From NCBI GenBank assembly GCA_001938485.1, contig MQRK01243125.1, positions 1 through 64,000 on the forward strand: a DNA stretch of 64,000 nucleotides, read 5' to 3'. Numbering within the stretch: position 1 is the first letter of the stretch; each line of letters starts with the position of its first letter. The DNA is from Girardia tigrina (Eukaryota). The notes under the pieces were generated by a model. It was given only the letters and a program-made list of their open reading frames with translations. It ran no database searches and was not told where the DNA came from. Below are positions 28,040-39,832 of the stretch, one piece after another. Both the position numbers and the translations under genes were made by a program.

Positions 28040-28663
28040 TTTATGTGATCTTTTCCCACAGATGTCTTAAATGGTTTCAGTACAGAAACGATTTTCTTCA
28101 TGATTTCAAAATCTTCATCAGTCAAACAGACGATCTCATTCAAATCAATCAGAGCTTTCGAACAGGTGAATTTACAATTACCAGTCTCTCCAATATGTAA
28201 ACTAAATTATCCCAACGTGTTCTGCAGTCTTGCATCAGAGACATATTGTCGGTCATGCTATTCTCTTGTCGTATGTAATTAAGTAAAATTTCGTACTTCT
28301 GCGGGGATTGTCTAAATATTTTTTTAATTTTTTTATGATTTTTTTTAATTTTTATTTTAAAAAATGCTTTATTATTTTAAAAGTAATTTTTTTAATAAAA
28401 AATTGCTTAAAATATTAATTTTTACTAAGCTACATGCTTTTCATCAGAAAATATTTACTAAGCTTTTCTTGGTTATAATTTAGTAGCTTAGTAAGAATTA
28501 AAAATATCTTTTTAGCATTTTTGATACAAAAGTTATTTTTAAATCTTAAAAAAATAGAAAGTAATTTTTCATAAAAAAATTGTGAAAACCATATTAAAGA
28601 AACCAGTAATCCCAGGATTTCGGGACACCCATTTAGGTCCGGCATCCCGGGATTGGAGCCCCT
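28040..28663 (-). mobile_element. hAT-like element remnant
   Basis: Terminus AGGGCTCCAATCCCGGGATGCCGG with ATCCCGGGA-type subterminal repeats; KALIDLNE...IVSVLKPFK typical of hAT transposases. Confidence 0.65.
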
Positions 28664-30128
28664 TGTCAAGAGTTTTCACTTAATAATGTTCTTCATTAAA
28701 TTTTATTCTTGAAAATATTATACTTAATGAAAGTGAATCATTGAGTAAACTGAGAATTGGTTAACTCGATTTATATAATATAAATATATTATATAAATAA
28801 ATATTTCTAAAAAAAGTGTGTGAAAAAAAAGGAGAAAAGCAGAATTTCTTCTGTGATGCAATCAATGATTGACATTGTCATTATAATCATGCAAGAATTA
28901 CGAAACATAATTACAGATTGTTGCTCTTTCATCATTTGACCTTGATTATAACTAATTATTCCTTTCCAGTTCATTTACGTGAACCAAATGACATTTTTTG
29001 AAGCCAAAATTCATTTATTATATTGTAAAAATTATTAAAAACAAAATTACATTACAAGGCAAGCTTTAAAACTAATAATAATTACTATTAAATTAAGTTT
29101 TCTGGTTTCGACATTATTATAAATGTTATTATTATAATTATAATTATTGAAAATAATGCCATTATTGTTTTCAGTCATGCTTTCTTTAAATATAATTTTA
29201 TAAATTATATTTATTAATTATATTTATATGTATAATTTTTATTACTAGCTTTTTAGTTTTAAAATTGAAACAGTCATAATTTTTTATTTATATTTTTCTA
29301 TAACATTCAACTTTTTTCTATTTTATTCAATCAAATATAATTCTAATTTTAAATTTTCCCCACACAATTTTCCATTAATTTAAATTACTCTTCTAAAAAA
29401 ATGATAAAAATAGTTTGAATGAAAGCCTGAAAACTAAAAAAAATATTTCTTTTGTATTGAAATAATAAATTAAAAAAGTTTAATTATTAGAAATAAAATA
29501 AATTAAAATTTGTAATAATTTTTTAATTATATTTCACAAAAATCAATATTAAGACCGAGAAATAAAATTTTAATATTAATATATTTTTAGAACGCATTAT
29601 AAAATAAAAATATTTATTTAATAATAAGAATTTTATTGCAACATGATAATCTAATATTTAAATATTATATTTTATGAAAATAGTTATTTATTTTCAAACT
29701 CGTTCTTTTTTACCTAAAATGTAAAATATAATTTAAAAATCAAAAAAAATTGAGATTTTAAATGGTTTGAATTAAATTATTTGATCCTTTGATTCTAAAT
29801 GATGATTTTACATTTAATTGTTCTGTTTTTGTAGTTTTTGTTTCTTTTGTTTATGGGAAAATATGGAAATTTTTGGAAAAGCCAGAATTAAATAAACAGT
29901 AAATTACAATACTTACTTCGATATCATTAGATTTAAGTAAGGCCACATAAAAGGTGATAATGAATTAATTTTTTTCGTTTTACTATATTTTTTTCAGTCT
30001 AAAAAATACTTAAAATATCGGAAATCTATTCAAATATGAGTTTTTAAATAGTTTGAGAGAAACCTATTTCTCAATAAACGTTTTTTGTTAACATAAAAAA
30101 ATATAGAAAATTTAATATGATTAGTTGC

Positions 30129-30883
30129 GTTGTGTATTCAACAAGTACCCGTCTGACAAAGGAAACGAATTCCATAAATGGTCATTTTTGTAACACGACA
30201 AACTTAACGTATATAGGAATCATTTTTCAACATAATGTCCATTTCGCTAGACACACTTCCGCTGACAAATAATCAACTCAGAAAATGCTTTTTTGATAAT
30301 TTCTTGATGACATACATTAAATAAATCCTCCACAGTAACCTCTACATCGTCTTTTAATCGAATCTTGATGCCTCTCAAATGTTTCTTTAGATGTCTGAAA
30401 AGGTAAAATTGCTCGGTGCCAAATCTGGGCTGTTTGGTGGATGATGCACAAGCACTAGTCCAGCACCTTCGATCGTGGCCAAAAAATCCTGATGTATGCA
30501 CTGGTGCATTGTCGTCTGGAAATCACAATGGCGTGTTCTTCTTCTTTCGTCTATTCTTTTTGGCAGTTTCAACGAGTTGATTGTAATTTGCTGCGTAATT
30601 GAAGGCTTAATCGTTCGTCCATGACTTGTCCCTGTTTGTATATTCAAATATGGCTGCTCTCCAGACAGTTTGCATTCTGCTGACCCATACATTGTTTCCG
30701 ACGTCTAAAATAGTCGCAGTGACGAAAATCTATTATGTCATAATAAAAATGCTAATGCTTTTGAAAAAATAAAACAATTACTAAAATTAAAATCTATTTT
30801 AATTTATTTAATCATACAAAATAACTAAAATTTGCTTTTAAATTATTTTTACCTAAAGTAGGGTACTTATTGAACGCACCACG
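30129..30883 (-). mobile_element. mariner, internally deleted
   Basis: TIR CGTGGTGCGTTCAATAAGTACCC and a degenerate partner at ~30129; HPPNSPDLAPSNF / YLFRHLKKHLRG. Confidence 0.8.
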
Positions 30884-30927
30884 TAATTTATATTGTTAAA
30901 CAGGAATGAATAAAGTCTTAATACATT

Positions 30928-31135
30928 TGTTAGGATAATTAAATTAATATCAATACATATTTATATTTAAATTCATATCTCTATTTATAAATATATCAAG
31001 GATCTATTATATGATTATATAAACTCCTGAAATTGTTTGAATCAATCAACGTAATTATAAATTTCGCGCATAATTTAATTTTGATTTGAAATAAACATTT
31101 CTTTGATTTCCGGTTTTTAATGGATAATACTTACA
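30928..31135 (+). repeat. 5' LTR (208 bp)
   Basis: TGTTAGG...CTTACA; 5 substitutions + one 4-bp indel relative to the 3' LTR (manual alignment). Confidence 0.97.
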
Positions 31136-32152
31136 TGGCGACCACGCCATGCATCGTTAATAATTTAGCACCGAAGATATTCGATGGGAACAGCGATCTA
31201 GAAGACTTTATCGGTAATTGTCAACGATTTTTCGAGGTATATCAAATCATTGAATCAATCCAAATGCTTATGGTGAAAGCATTTATCTGAAGAGACCTAC
31301 TCGCAACACATGAAGCAGTAGATTCGAAAATCGTGGATTTTTCTAAACGATTACGGAAAGCGTTCAAAAAACCAACATTGTTGATCCAAGATTTACAAGA
31401 CCTGATGACTTAAAAGATCAGACTCTGCTCCTGCATTTTTCAATAAAGTTGAAAAAATGATCGATAAAAATCTGAATCACAAATGGAACAAGCAAGAACT
31501 CGTCCTATTTTTTGACCCATTTTGTGGAAGATGTCAATATGAAGACTCAAATTTTGATGCATGAAGTAAAATCACCGCAGGCAATAAAATCGGTTATTGA
31601 GAAGATGGAAATGGAAGTCAATGAATTCGCAAATATTCAAAGACAGAAAACCTTCGCAAATGTCTTGAAAGCCCATTCCCAATTTCCGATCCACCAAAGT
31701 TTTCAAAATTTAAGAAGCAATCCGTCAAGAGATTTTAAAAGATATGCAACAATTCCAAAAGGATCCATACAACAAAGTGGTGAAAAGGATGGTAAAATTT
31801 TTGTTTGTTATCATTGCAGGAAATCTAGACACATTCGTCGAGTTTGTCCAGAAATATCAAGAATTTGATATTGATGCCGTAATGTTGGACATATTCAGAA
31901 AGATTGCCCGTATGTTAAATGTTCCAAATGCGATAGCCATGGATATTTAGGATATTAATGTTTCAAAAATAAAGCCAGAATGCAAACTTGGAATCAAAGA
32001 TCTGGCCAATTTGGTCGATATGAGCAGCAATACTGACAAGACGTGGCTGGAGTAGACGAAATAAATGATTCAAGATCAGTTGATTTTGAAACAGATAGAC
32101 CATCAAACTTCGAGGCTCCATCAAATCACGAGATGGTGGGAGCCATAATTTA
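31135..32152 (+). pseudogene. gag: gag, disrupted; three CCHC zinc knuckles (two degenerate)
   Basis: MATTPCIVNNLAPKIFDG...; CYHCRKSRHIRRVC, CRNVGHIQKDC, CSKCDSHG; stops and frameshifts. Confidence 0.85.
31136..31146 (+). promoter_or_regulatory. primer binding site TGGCGACCACG (probably tRNA-Arg)
   Basis: Directly follows the 5' LTR; complementary to a ...CGUGGUCGCCA tRNA 3' end. Confidence 0.8.
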
Positions 32153-32167
32153 AAATGTAAGAATATT

Positions 32168-32254
32168 TTGGATCCTTATATATGTAATATTAGTAGTTGT
32201 AAATGTATTTATGATAGTAATAATATATATCGTAATTATGATATTTGTAGTATT

Positions 32255-32291
<37 letters not shown>

Positions 32292-34602
32292 TCAGTAATG
32301 TAACTAATGTAGAGGGTATAGCATTTATAGAGAATACTAGAGGTAGTACAATCTTTAAGAGCGCAGATCGATATTTATTAGCATTTGTATTGAATTTGAA
32401 AGATAAGTTAAGTTATAATGTTTTTAATGGGAGGCCAAGAATGTTGACAAAAATTGGGGGTTTGGAATTAAACTGTTTGCTTGACACAGGGGCTCGAATT
32501 AATGTATTGGATGAAAAGATTGTTAAAGAATTACAGATTTTGATTAATAATAAATCTATAATGAATGTAGTTTGTGCCAATGGTAGTGGTATGGAGTTGT
32601 CAGGAACATGTAGAATTAATGTTATGTGGCGGTATTTAAGAATAAATGCATTGTTTCATGTCTCGAAGAGAGTATTTCCATCTGATATTTTTGGAATAAA
32701 ATTAATAAGTGATTTAGGTTTCGAACTTAAATGTAATGGAGTGATTACATCTTAAAAAGAGGATATAATGAGCGATTCAAAGATGAATATTTGCCCATTA
32801 GACCCATATGTAGGTAAATTTCAATATAATGAGTAACATAGAATGCAAAATGCAATAGAGAAATTAAATCTGAAGACTAATACAACTGTATATAAGTGCG
32901 TCGAAAAATATAAAAATATATTTATGGCTGGTAAATGGGATATAGGGAAGACTAAGTTAGTGAAGAATGAGATTAAGACAATAGGTGAGCCAATATTATA
33001 GAAATCCCGTCGTCAACCAGCTCACTTGGAAAACCATATTGATGCAGCAATATGGAATTTGGAACAACATGGAATAATAAAGAAATGTTCTTCCCCCTGG
33101 AATACACGCATGGTCTGCGTATGGAAGAAAGAGAAAAAGGAAATTCGCTTGTGCCTAGACTTTAGACTTTTAAATCAGATTACAGAAAGACATGCCTTCC
33201 AAATGCAGAATATAGATAAGATGCTAGATTCTTTGAAAGGAGCACGATGGTTTAGTTCTGTGGATTTAGGAAACGCTTACTATCAAGTGAATTTGGAAGA
33301 AAATTCGAGATTGAAAACTGCCTTTTCAACCAAAACAGGACAGGTCTGTTTTACGAGAATGCCTTTCGGCATAGCAATTCAGAGATTTCAAAAAACCAAA
33401 CCCCAAAGAAACCAATAACACTTCAATTCCAAAACTGGATGAATTTTTTAAGTAGCTTAGATATGGTTTAAGAGTACAGAAAAGGAATATTACATCAAAA
33501 TGCAGATGCCTTGTCGAGAACAGATTGTATGACATGTGCGCAATGTCTTATTAAGCATGATGAAGCAAAATTGACCAAATCAAGGACAAGAATGCTTGCA
33601 ATAGATGAAAAGGAATTACATATCCCTTGGCAACAAAGTAACGATGAAATTAAAGAAATATTAGGAAAGTTAAATAGTGGTATTAGTATAAATTTTAAGG
33701 AATGCAATGGTTGTATAAGAACTTTGACAGACAAAATTTGGATCCCAAAAAATTCAAGGAAACACTGTATAACTTTCTTTCATAAATTTTTGAGCCATGC
33801 AGGTGTGAATAAAGTATATTCTTTCATGAAAGACGAATATGATATGGATAGTTTTACTAAAGAAATAGAATCAGTGGTTCGTAGTTGTCCTGTCTGTCAG
33901 TTATCTAAAACATACACGGGAAAAACGAAGGAAGTATCTCTTGACTTAGTATCTTAGCGCTCTTTAGATGATATTTATATAGATTTTTGTGGACCATTGC
34001 CTGTAGTTGGTCGTAAAAAATATATTTTAGGAATTTTCGACAGATTTAGCAGGTATATAAGTTTAACGGCCGTGAATAGTCAAGATGAAGAAACATTAAT
34101 TACAACAATCCAACATAAGTGGATATTTAGATTTGGAGCGCCCGCAAATATTCATGCAGATCGAGGGAAAGGCTTCGAGTCAAAAAGTTTTAAAGAATAT
34201 GCTAAATCTATGTTAATTATAATTCCCCTTTCCAGTCCATATCATCACAGTTCAAACGGCATAAGAAAACGTCAATTTCGTACTATTCGAGATGCACTGA
34301 TTGCAAAACTGAAAGATAGAGGAGGTTCAAACTGGGTTGATATTCTCCCAGAAATTGAATTTAGCATTGATGCGTCCAGACAAAGCACCACTGGGGTAAG
34401 TCCGGTGGAAGTTATACTGGGGAAACGTTTAACATTAGATGGCTCTCGTCACTATGAATTAGACAATAAAAAGATTTTTGAAGAAATTAAACAAAGTGAG
34501 GCATGTAAATCAGACAAATCAAATACACCAAGACGAGAATATAAGGAATGTGATTTAGTTCTAGTAAAGATAGAGAATAGACAGTGTTTCAGAATGAATT
34601 AA
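32168..34602 (+). pseudogene. pol: pol (protease, 5' RT, integrase); RT core and RNase H deleted
   Basis: LLDTGA protease; LCLDFRLLN, DLGNAYYQ, MPFGIA then a jump to ...NADALSR; H-H-C-C integrase zinc finger, HADRG, SPYHHSSNG. Confidence 0.92.
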
Positions 34603-34842
34603 AAAAAAATGTTTAATAAAAAAAATATTAATCCAATATCTATAATTATATATATGTAAATATGTAGAGTTAGAGTTAGAAAATTTATTGCCAAAAATTC
34701 GTTTTGTTTAAACGAATTAATTATTGTGAGTTTTTTTGATATCTAAATAAAGTTTGATAGCGATATCGATTTTGTTAATTATTAGAGAAAAATATTAAAA
34801 CGAGTTACTTATTAAAAGAAAATTCAATTGTGCTTTTCCTGA

Positions 34843-35343
34843 ATGGTGACAAAAATGAATATGCGACCGATGGTTTTGAGAAACCGTGAAATAAATCCAT
34901 CGGATGAAAATTTCGATCAAAAAATGTTCTCCGGTGTTACAACAAGAAAACCAGCCGCTCTGAAAGCGCTCGAGAATGCGAATCTTGCTAATAGAGACGC
35001 AATGAATGATTTGAAATGCATTACGACGAGATTGAAACTGATTGCGGTGATTGAAGAACCGGAATCGGAACCGATGGATATTTCAATCAAAAAAATCGAA
35101 ACCGAAGAATCTCGAAAATCACTTTTGAAAACGATTATCTAAATACGAAATGTCATTCGGTCTCATTTCAGTGAGTATACCGAAAATGGATTACCGATCT
35201 GGTTGTTGAGTCGGTTTGACAATAATGACGCGTTTATGAATATCGATTATTTAACGAAAATGAATGATCATTTGATCGAAAATGAATTGGAGTCGAAAAC
35301 AGACAGGAAGGAACAGTCCGTTATGAAGGCCTTTATGAAATAA
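34843..35343 (+). pseudogene. accessory ORF inside the LTR element, unknown function
   Basis: 99 codons, one TAA (35140-42), then 66 more open codons in the same frame; lies between the integrase and the PPT. Confidence 0.65.
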
Positions 35344-35429
35344 TACAGAAACTACATGATCTATCTGTTGAAATGAAAAATAAAATCGGTAGAGTTATAG
35401 CTAGAAATATAGAATGGCTGAAGCTTTTT

Positions 35430-35644
35430 AAAGAAGGGTGTGTTAGGATAATTAAATTAATATCAATACATATTTATATTTAAATTCATATCTCTATAAA
35501 TATATCAAGGTTCCATTATATGATTATATAAACTCCTGAAATTGTTTGAATCAATCAACGTAATTATAAATTACGCGCATAATTTAATTTTGATTTGAAA
35601 TAAACATTTTTTTGATTTCCGGTTTTTAATGGATAATTCTTACA
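35430..35644 (+). repeat. PPT (AAAGAAGGGTG) and 3' LTR (35441-35644)
   Basis: Purine tract abutting TGTTAGG; followed by the ACATT TSD. Confidence 0.95.
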
Positions 35645-37605
35645 ACATTAAAAAGAAACTTGATGATTAATAAATATATACGCAGTTATATTATATTTCT
35701 TTAAAGTATTTATCAAAACCAATAAAATTATGAGTAACAAGAATTATCAATAAGTAAATAATAATTTATGAGAAATGTTAGCTAAAAAAATATTCATCAT
35801 TTTTATATTAAGTTTTAAAGCAGATATGAATAATAATAAAATTTACTTTTTTCCATGAAAAGATACATATACAAATTTACTTTATAAATAATTGAAGTTT
35901 AATAATCCGGAAATGATTTATTTTTTGATTTATTTTATTTTTAATATTATATCATCAATTATAAAAAAAACTTAAAATTAGCTTCAATTAATTTAAATTT
36001 TAATAATCAATTTATTTTTTTAACAGAAAATAAAATTGATACATTTCAAAGAGACCAAAATTTATAATTCTTTTTTTCTTAAGTATTTCTTAATTATTCA
36101 AGACATTTTATATCTGTATTATTGTAAAGTTTTCGTTTAACACTATTTTTTATTTGTTACGTTAATTTCCACAAAGTACAGAGAATTTATCTACTAATTA
36201 CAATGACTAGGCACAAAGTGAATTCGATGTGACTAAGTCATCCACTCAGGGCCCCCAAAAATTGAAACATTGGACCTCTTTTGAACGTAAAATTAAGCGT
36301 AAATCATTGGAACACCTGATTAATCGTGTAGGACTAAAGATGTACAGTGTACATTTTAAAAACCTCGATTAGGACATTGTTTATAAGAAGATGACTTGGA
36401 TCGTCGTTTACAGTTTCCTGGAAATAACCTGTGCGAGACCTGAAGACGGTCTTCTAAACAAATTTCTATGTTAAATTAAATGAATATTTGAAAGTACGAT
36501 AAAAATATTTTATTATAACATAACAAATGATTAATTCATAACTTTTTCCAAATAAAGTCAAAAAAGGACAAATAAGTCTGTAGAAAAATGTTATAGACGT
36601 CAATGGCACGGAGCCTAATAAGTTACAGAACATTTAAAAATGTCTTTTAATAGTAATTTTTCATACATATTGAACAAGAGTCGTTAAAGATGAATCTCAA
36701 AATGGGTGAAACCCTCAAAGAAATAAATAAAAACAAAATATTACTGAATAATTTTAATACCCAGTGTAATTAATTCATTTAATTTATTTTTTTCAAATTT
36801 ATTTATTGATTGTATAAAAACAATTCGGATTAAAAAGTCAATTAATTTTATTAAAATTAAATTTATCTAAACAAAATTCATTTCCTTTTCAAACAAATTT
36901 TTTTCATTTTAATTAAAAAAATATTTTAAAATTTTTATTTAATTATTATTTTTATTTTTAATTTGTAATTTAACTCTAAATTTGTTAAATAAAAAATAAT
37001 TGGCTATTATTAAATTAAATAATTTTTTTATATTTTTTATAGAAAATATTTTTCTTTAAAATACTTTAGTTTTCTAAATTCAATCAAAGACAAATTGTAA
37101 AGTTAGACTTTGTTTTTTTAGTAATTCAATTATTGTATGCTGATCGAATTTATTTTCCCCACAAAACAGAACAAAAATAAATAAGAATGTCTTATTCAAA
37201 TGTGCGGTTTCCAGTTCATTTTAATAAATGATTGAATTTTCTCTTTGCTAAATTAATTTTTAATTTTTTATCAAACTTTTTTCAAACATCATCTAAGAAA
37301 TAAAGAAAAAAGAATTATATTATCAGAATGGAAAAATAATCAAAACAAAAAAAGAGTTTTTCTATTTATAAAATAATAATAATTATAATATTATATATAA
37401 AATATTGATGTGGTTTTATTTTGTTAATTTTGAATGTTAATTAACGATTGATTGAAGTGTCTAATCAACAGAGAATGAACAGAACCGCATTTTGTAATGT
37501 GATTCAAAAGCCTTTCGAAGAGTGAAAACCTCCTCTTTATAAAATGAAAAAGGTTTTATCTTACTATACAACCAGTGGTCAAGTACCTTACTAAATATAC
37601 TAGAT

Positions 37606-38462
37606 TGGAACACAACACCTCTACTGTTGGCCAATTCTGGTCGTTTCTCATCAATTGCTATCTTCAAACGGTCCAATTATTGACAGTACCGATCTGAATT
37701 TAGTGTTTGGCCATACGGAAGCAACTCATAATAAATGATTCCTTTCTAGTCCCACCAAATACACAGTAGAACCTTCCTGGCCGTTAGTCCTGGTTTGGCG
37801 ACCGTTTGAGGTGCTTCATTGTGCTTTGACAACGATCGTTTTCGTACAATATTGTTGTTTGTGACCCATTTCTCATCCCTTTAAGAAATGGGTCGATTTA
37901 ATTTCGTTTGGCCAAGGCTTCGCAGATGGAAATTCGATCCATCATGTATTTTGGTGTTAATTGGTGTGGAACCAAACATCAAGTTTCTTTTTGAATCCTG
38001 CTTTGCCCAAATGGTTTAAAACCGTTTTGTGGTCAATTTTCAGCTCCTGTGCGATGCTACGACTACTAAAATGCCGGTCAACTTCATACGTTGCCGAGAT
38101 TTTATTGACATTTTCAACGATAGGCCTGCTTGTGCGAGGTGCATCTTTAACATCAAAAAATTGATGAAACCAAAATTCCGTGTAATTATCTGTTACAGTG
38201 TTGGCACCATAAACACCATTCACAATAACAGCCGCCTGGCTTGCATTTTTGCCTTTATCGAATAAAAACTGTAAAATGTTCCGAATTTTTTTCCTTGTTG
38301 ACTTCCATTTTTAACACCGTGTAACTCAGAACTGAATAAAAAAAGCAACAAGTTTTTTTGTGAAATTACTGTGAAACGTTACCTTGACAAAGAGCATAAA
38401 TTTGAAATTGTTTGATCGATAAATAATGAATTAAAATAATGGATTACTTTTCCCCAACCTAA
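37606..38462 (-). mobile_element. mariner (mellifera-like), 3'-truncated
   Basis: TA+TTAGGTTGGGGAAAAGTAATCC TIR; ATG 38308 MEVNKEKIRNILQF, KKKLDVW, KRPELANSRGVVFQ. Confidence 0.9.
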
Positions 38463-38464
38463 TA

Positions 38465-38730
38465 ACACGGATAAGGGAATGCTTCCTTGCCCATTTCCCC
38501 GTTGCACTAAGTGGGTTTATACAGTCGGAAGTCTCCAGAATCATGGAACGAAGGAACATGACTGGTCATTTCTCAGAGTAAAGCCGAAGCGTGCCCGTAA
38601 ATTGATAGCTCGCACTCTTGCATCTGAAGCCGTATTTGTCAAATGGTTTCTAACCTTTGCATAGTCTATGATTCATTACCCAGTATTATTTCTAATACAC
38701 AGTTATTCGTAACAGTCGTGGGAGGCTTAC
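38465..38730 (+). mobile_element. 3' end of a LINE related to the 45097-47622 element
   Basis: CPFPRCTKWVYTVGSLQNHGTKEHDW paralogous to CPFTHCTKRFYTAKALQNHVTRDHDW; shared 3' terminal motif ending ...AGGCTTA. Confidence 0.75.
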
Positions 38731-39130
38731 ATTGGTAAGACGTCCCGTCATCTCTGTAGTAGAATCCAAGAACCTGTTTGGAATGTAGGTAGGAGTAATA
38801 TTGCAGAACACAGAAATGTTTGAAATTCGAACGAAAATATAAACATAAATGATTTTAAAAATCTGTGTACTCGTTTTAAAAACTATTGGGAGAGGCTGGC
38901 ATGTGAAGCACTTTATATCAGATCTTTAGATCCTAAGATAAATGTGCAAACGGGTCTCTCGGAAACCTTATTGAGCTTGTTTAGATGACACAACCATTCA
39001 TACTCACAACATAATCACTGCTTGCCTATATAAGCAGATTTAAAACTCATTTTTTTCTTGAGACCTGACGATGACGGTTATACCGCCGAAATTAATCGTA
39101 GTAAAAAATATATTTTATAAATTGCGTGTT
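38728..39130 (+). mobile_element. Penelope-like element 3' part (GIY-YIG endonuclease + pLTR)
   Basis: YIGKTSRHLCSRIQE, SNIAEH, YWERLACEALYIRSLDPKINVQ; TATA-like box and hammerhead motif downstream. Confidence 0.85.
39062..39100 (+). ncRNA. minimal hammerhead ribozyme motif (Penelope-associated)
   Basis: CUGACGA-U-GACGG/uuaua/CCGCC-GAAA-UUAA-UC; core intact, one mismatch in stem II, weak stem I. Confidence 0.65.
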
Positions 39131-39832
39131 TTTGTATTTAGACATAAGTTGCCATTATTTTTTTTAATTTTCTGAATAAATATATATATTTTTCATAATT
39201 TTAAATGTTATATAAATAATTCAAATGTATATTTAAAAATGTGATTCTAACTGTCAATTATTTTACAAAAACTTACTTGAAAAATATGTTCCTCAAAAAA
39301 TATTGTTCTCAATAAACTTCATAAAGGAGCTAATGTTAGGAAATTTATACCCTACGGGGTTTTACAGTAATTTATTGCCAGTTTTCAGAGTTATTAAAAC
39401 AGTTATATTTGAATATAAATTGTTTGGGCCAAATTTTTAGTAGTCTGTTTTCCTTTAAACCATTTTTTTTCTAGGAAATTATTATTACTTTTCAAATTAT
39501 TTTTATAAATAGAAAATGACCAGTTTTATATAAAATATTAAGTCTTGAAACAGAATGTTGATGCCATTTGCCAAATTACCAGATCTGCTAAAAAATAATG
39601 CCATTTATTAATATCCTTTAAAAATGAGGAAAAATAATAATTTAAAATATAACGAATATTTATAATTTATTTTCGCACATTCAAGAAATTTAAAAAGATC
39701 ATTTAAACGTTACAAGTTATAACAATAATATTTTTATGTTTTCGTGCCAGGAAATCTTTTAAAAATATTAATATAAATATTTATATAATAAATCATATTA
39801 ATAAATCACGTTTTAATACAAACGTTTGCATA

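Larger units (their letters stand above)
30928..35644 (+). mobile_element. Ty3/Gypsy LTR retrotransposon, structurally complete, non-autonomous
   Basis: TG...CA LTRs 30928-31135 and 35441-35644; ACATT TSD on both sides; PBS; PPT; gag-PR-RT(partial)-IN order. Confidence 0.97.

Noticed and set aside
34930-34990. Cyclin-like destruction box in the accessory ORF (RKPAALKALEN)
   Set aside because: Does not fit RxxL spacing; no cyclin box follows
34843-35343. env gene
   Set aside because: No signal peptide, furin site or transmembrane segment visible
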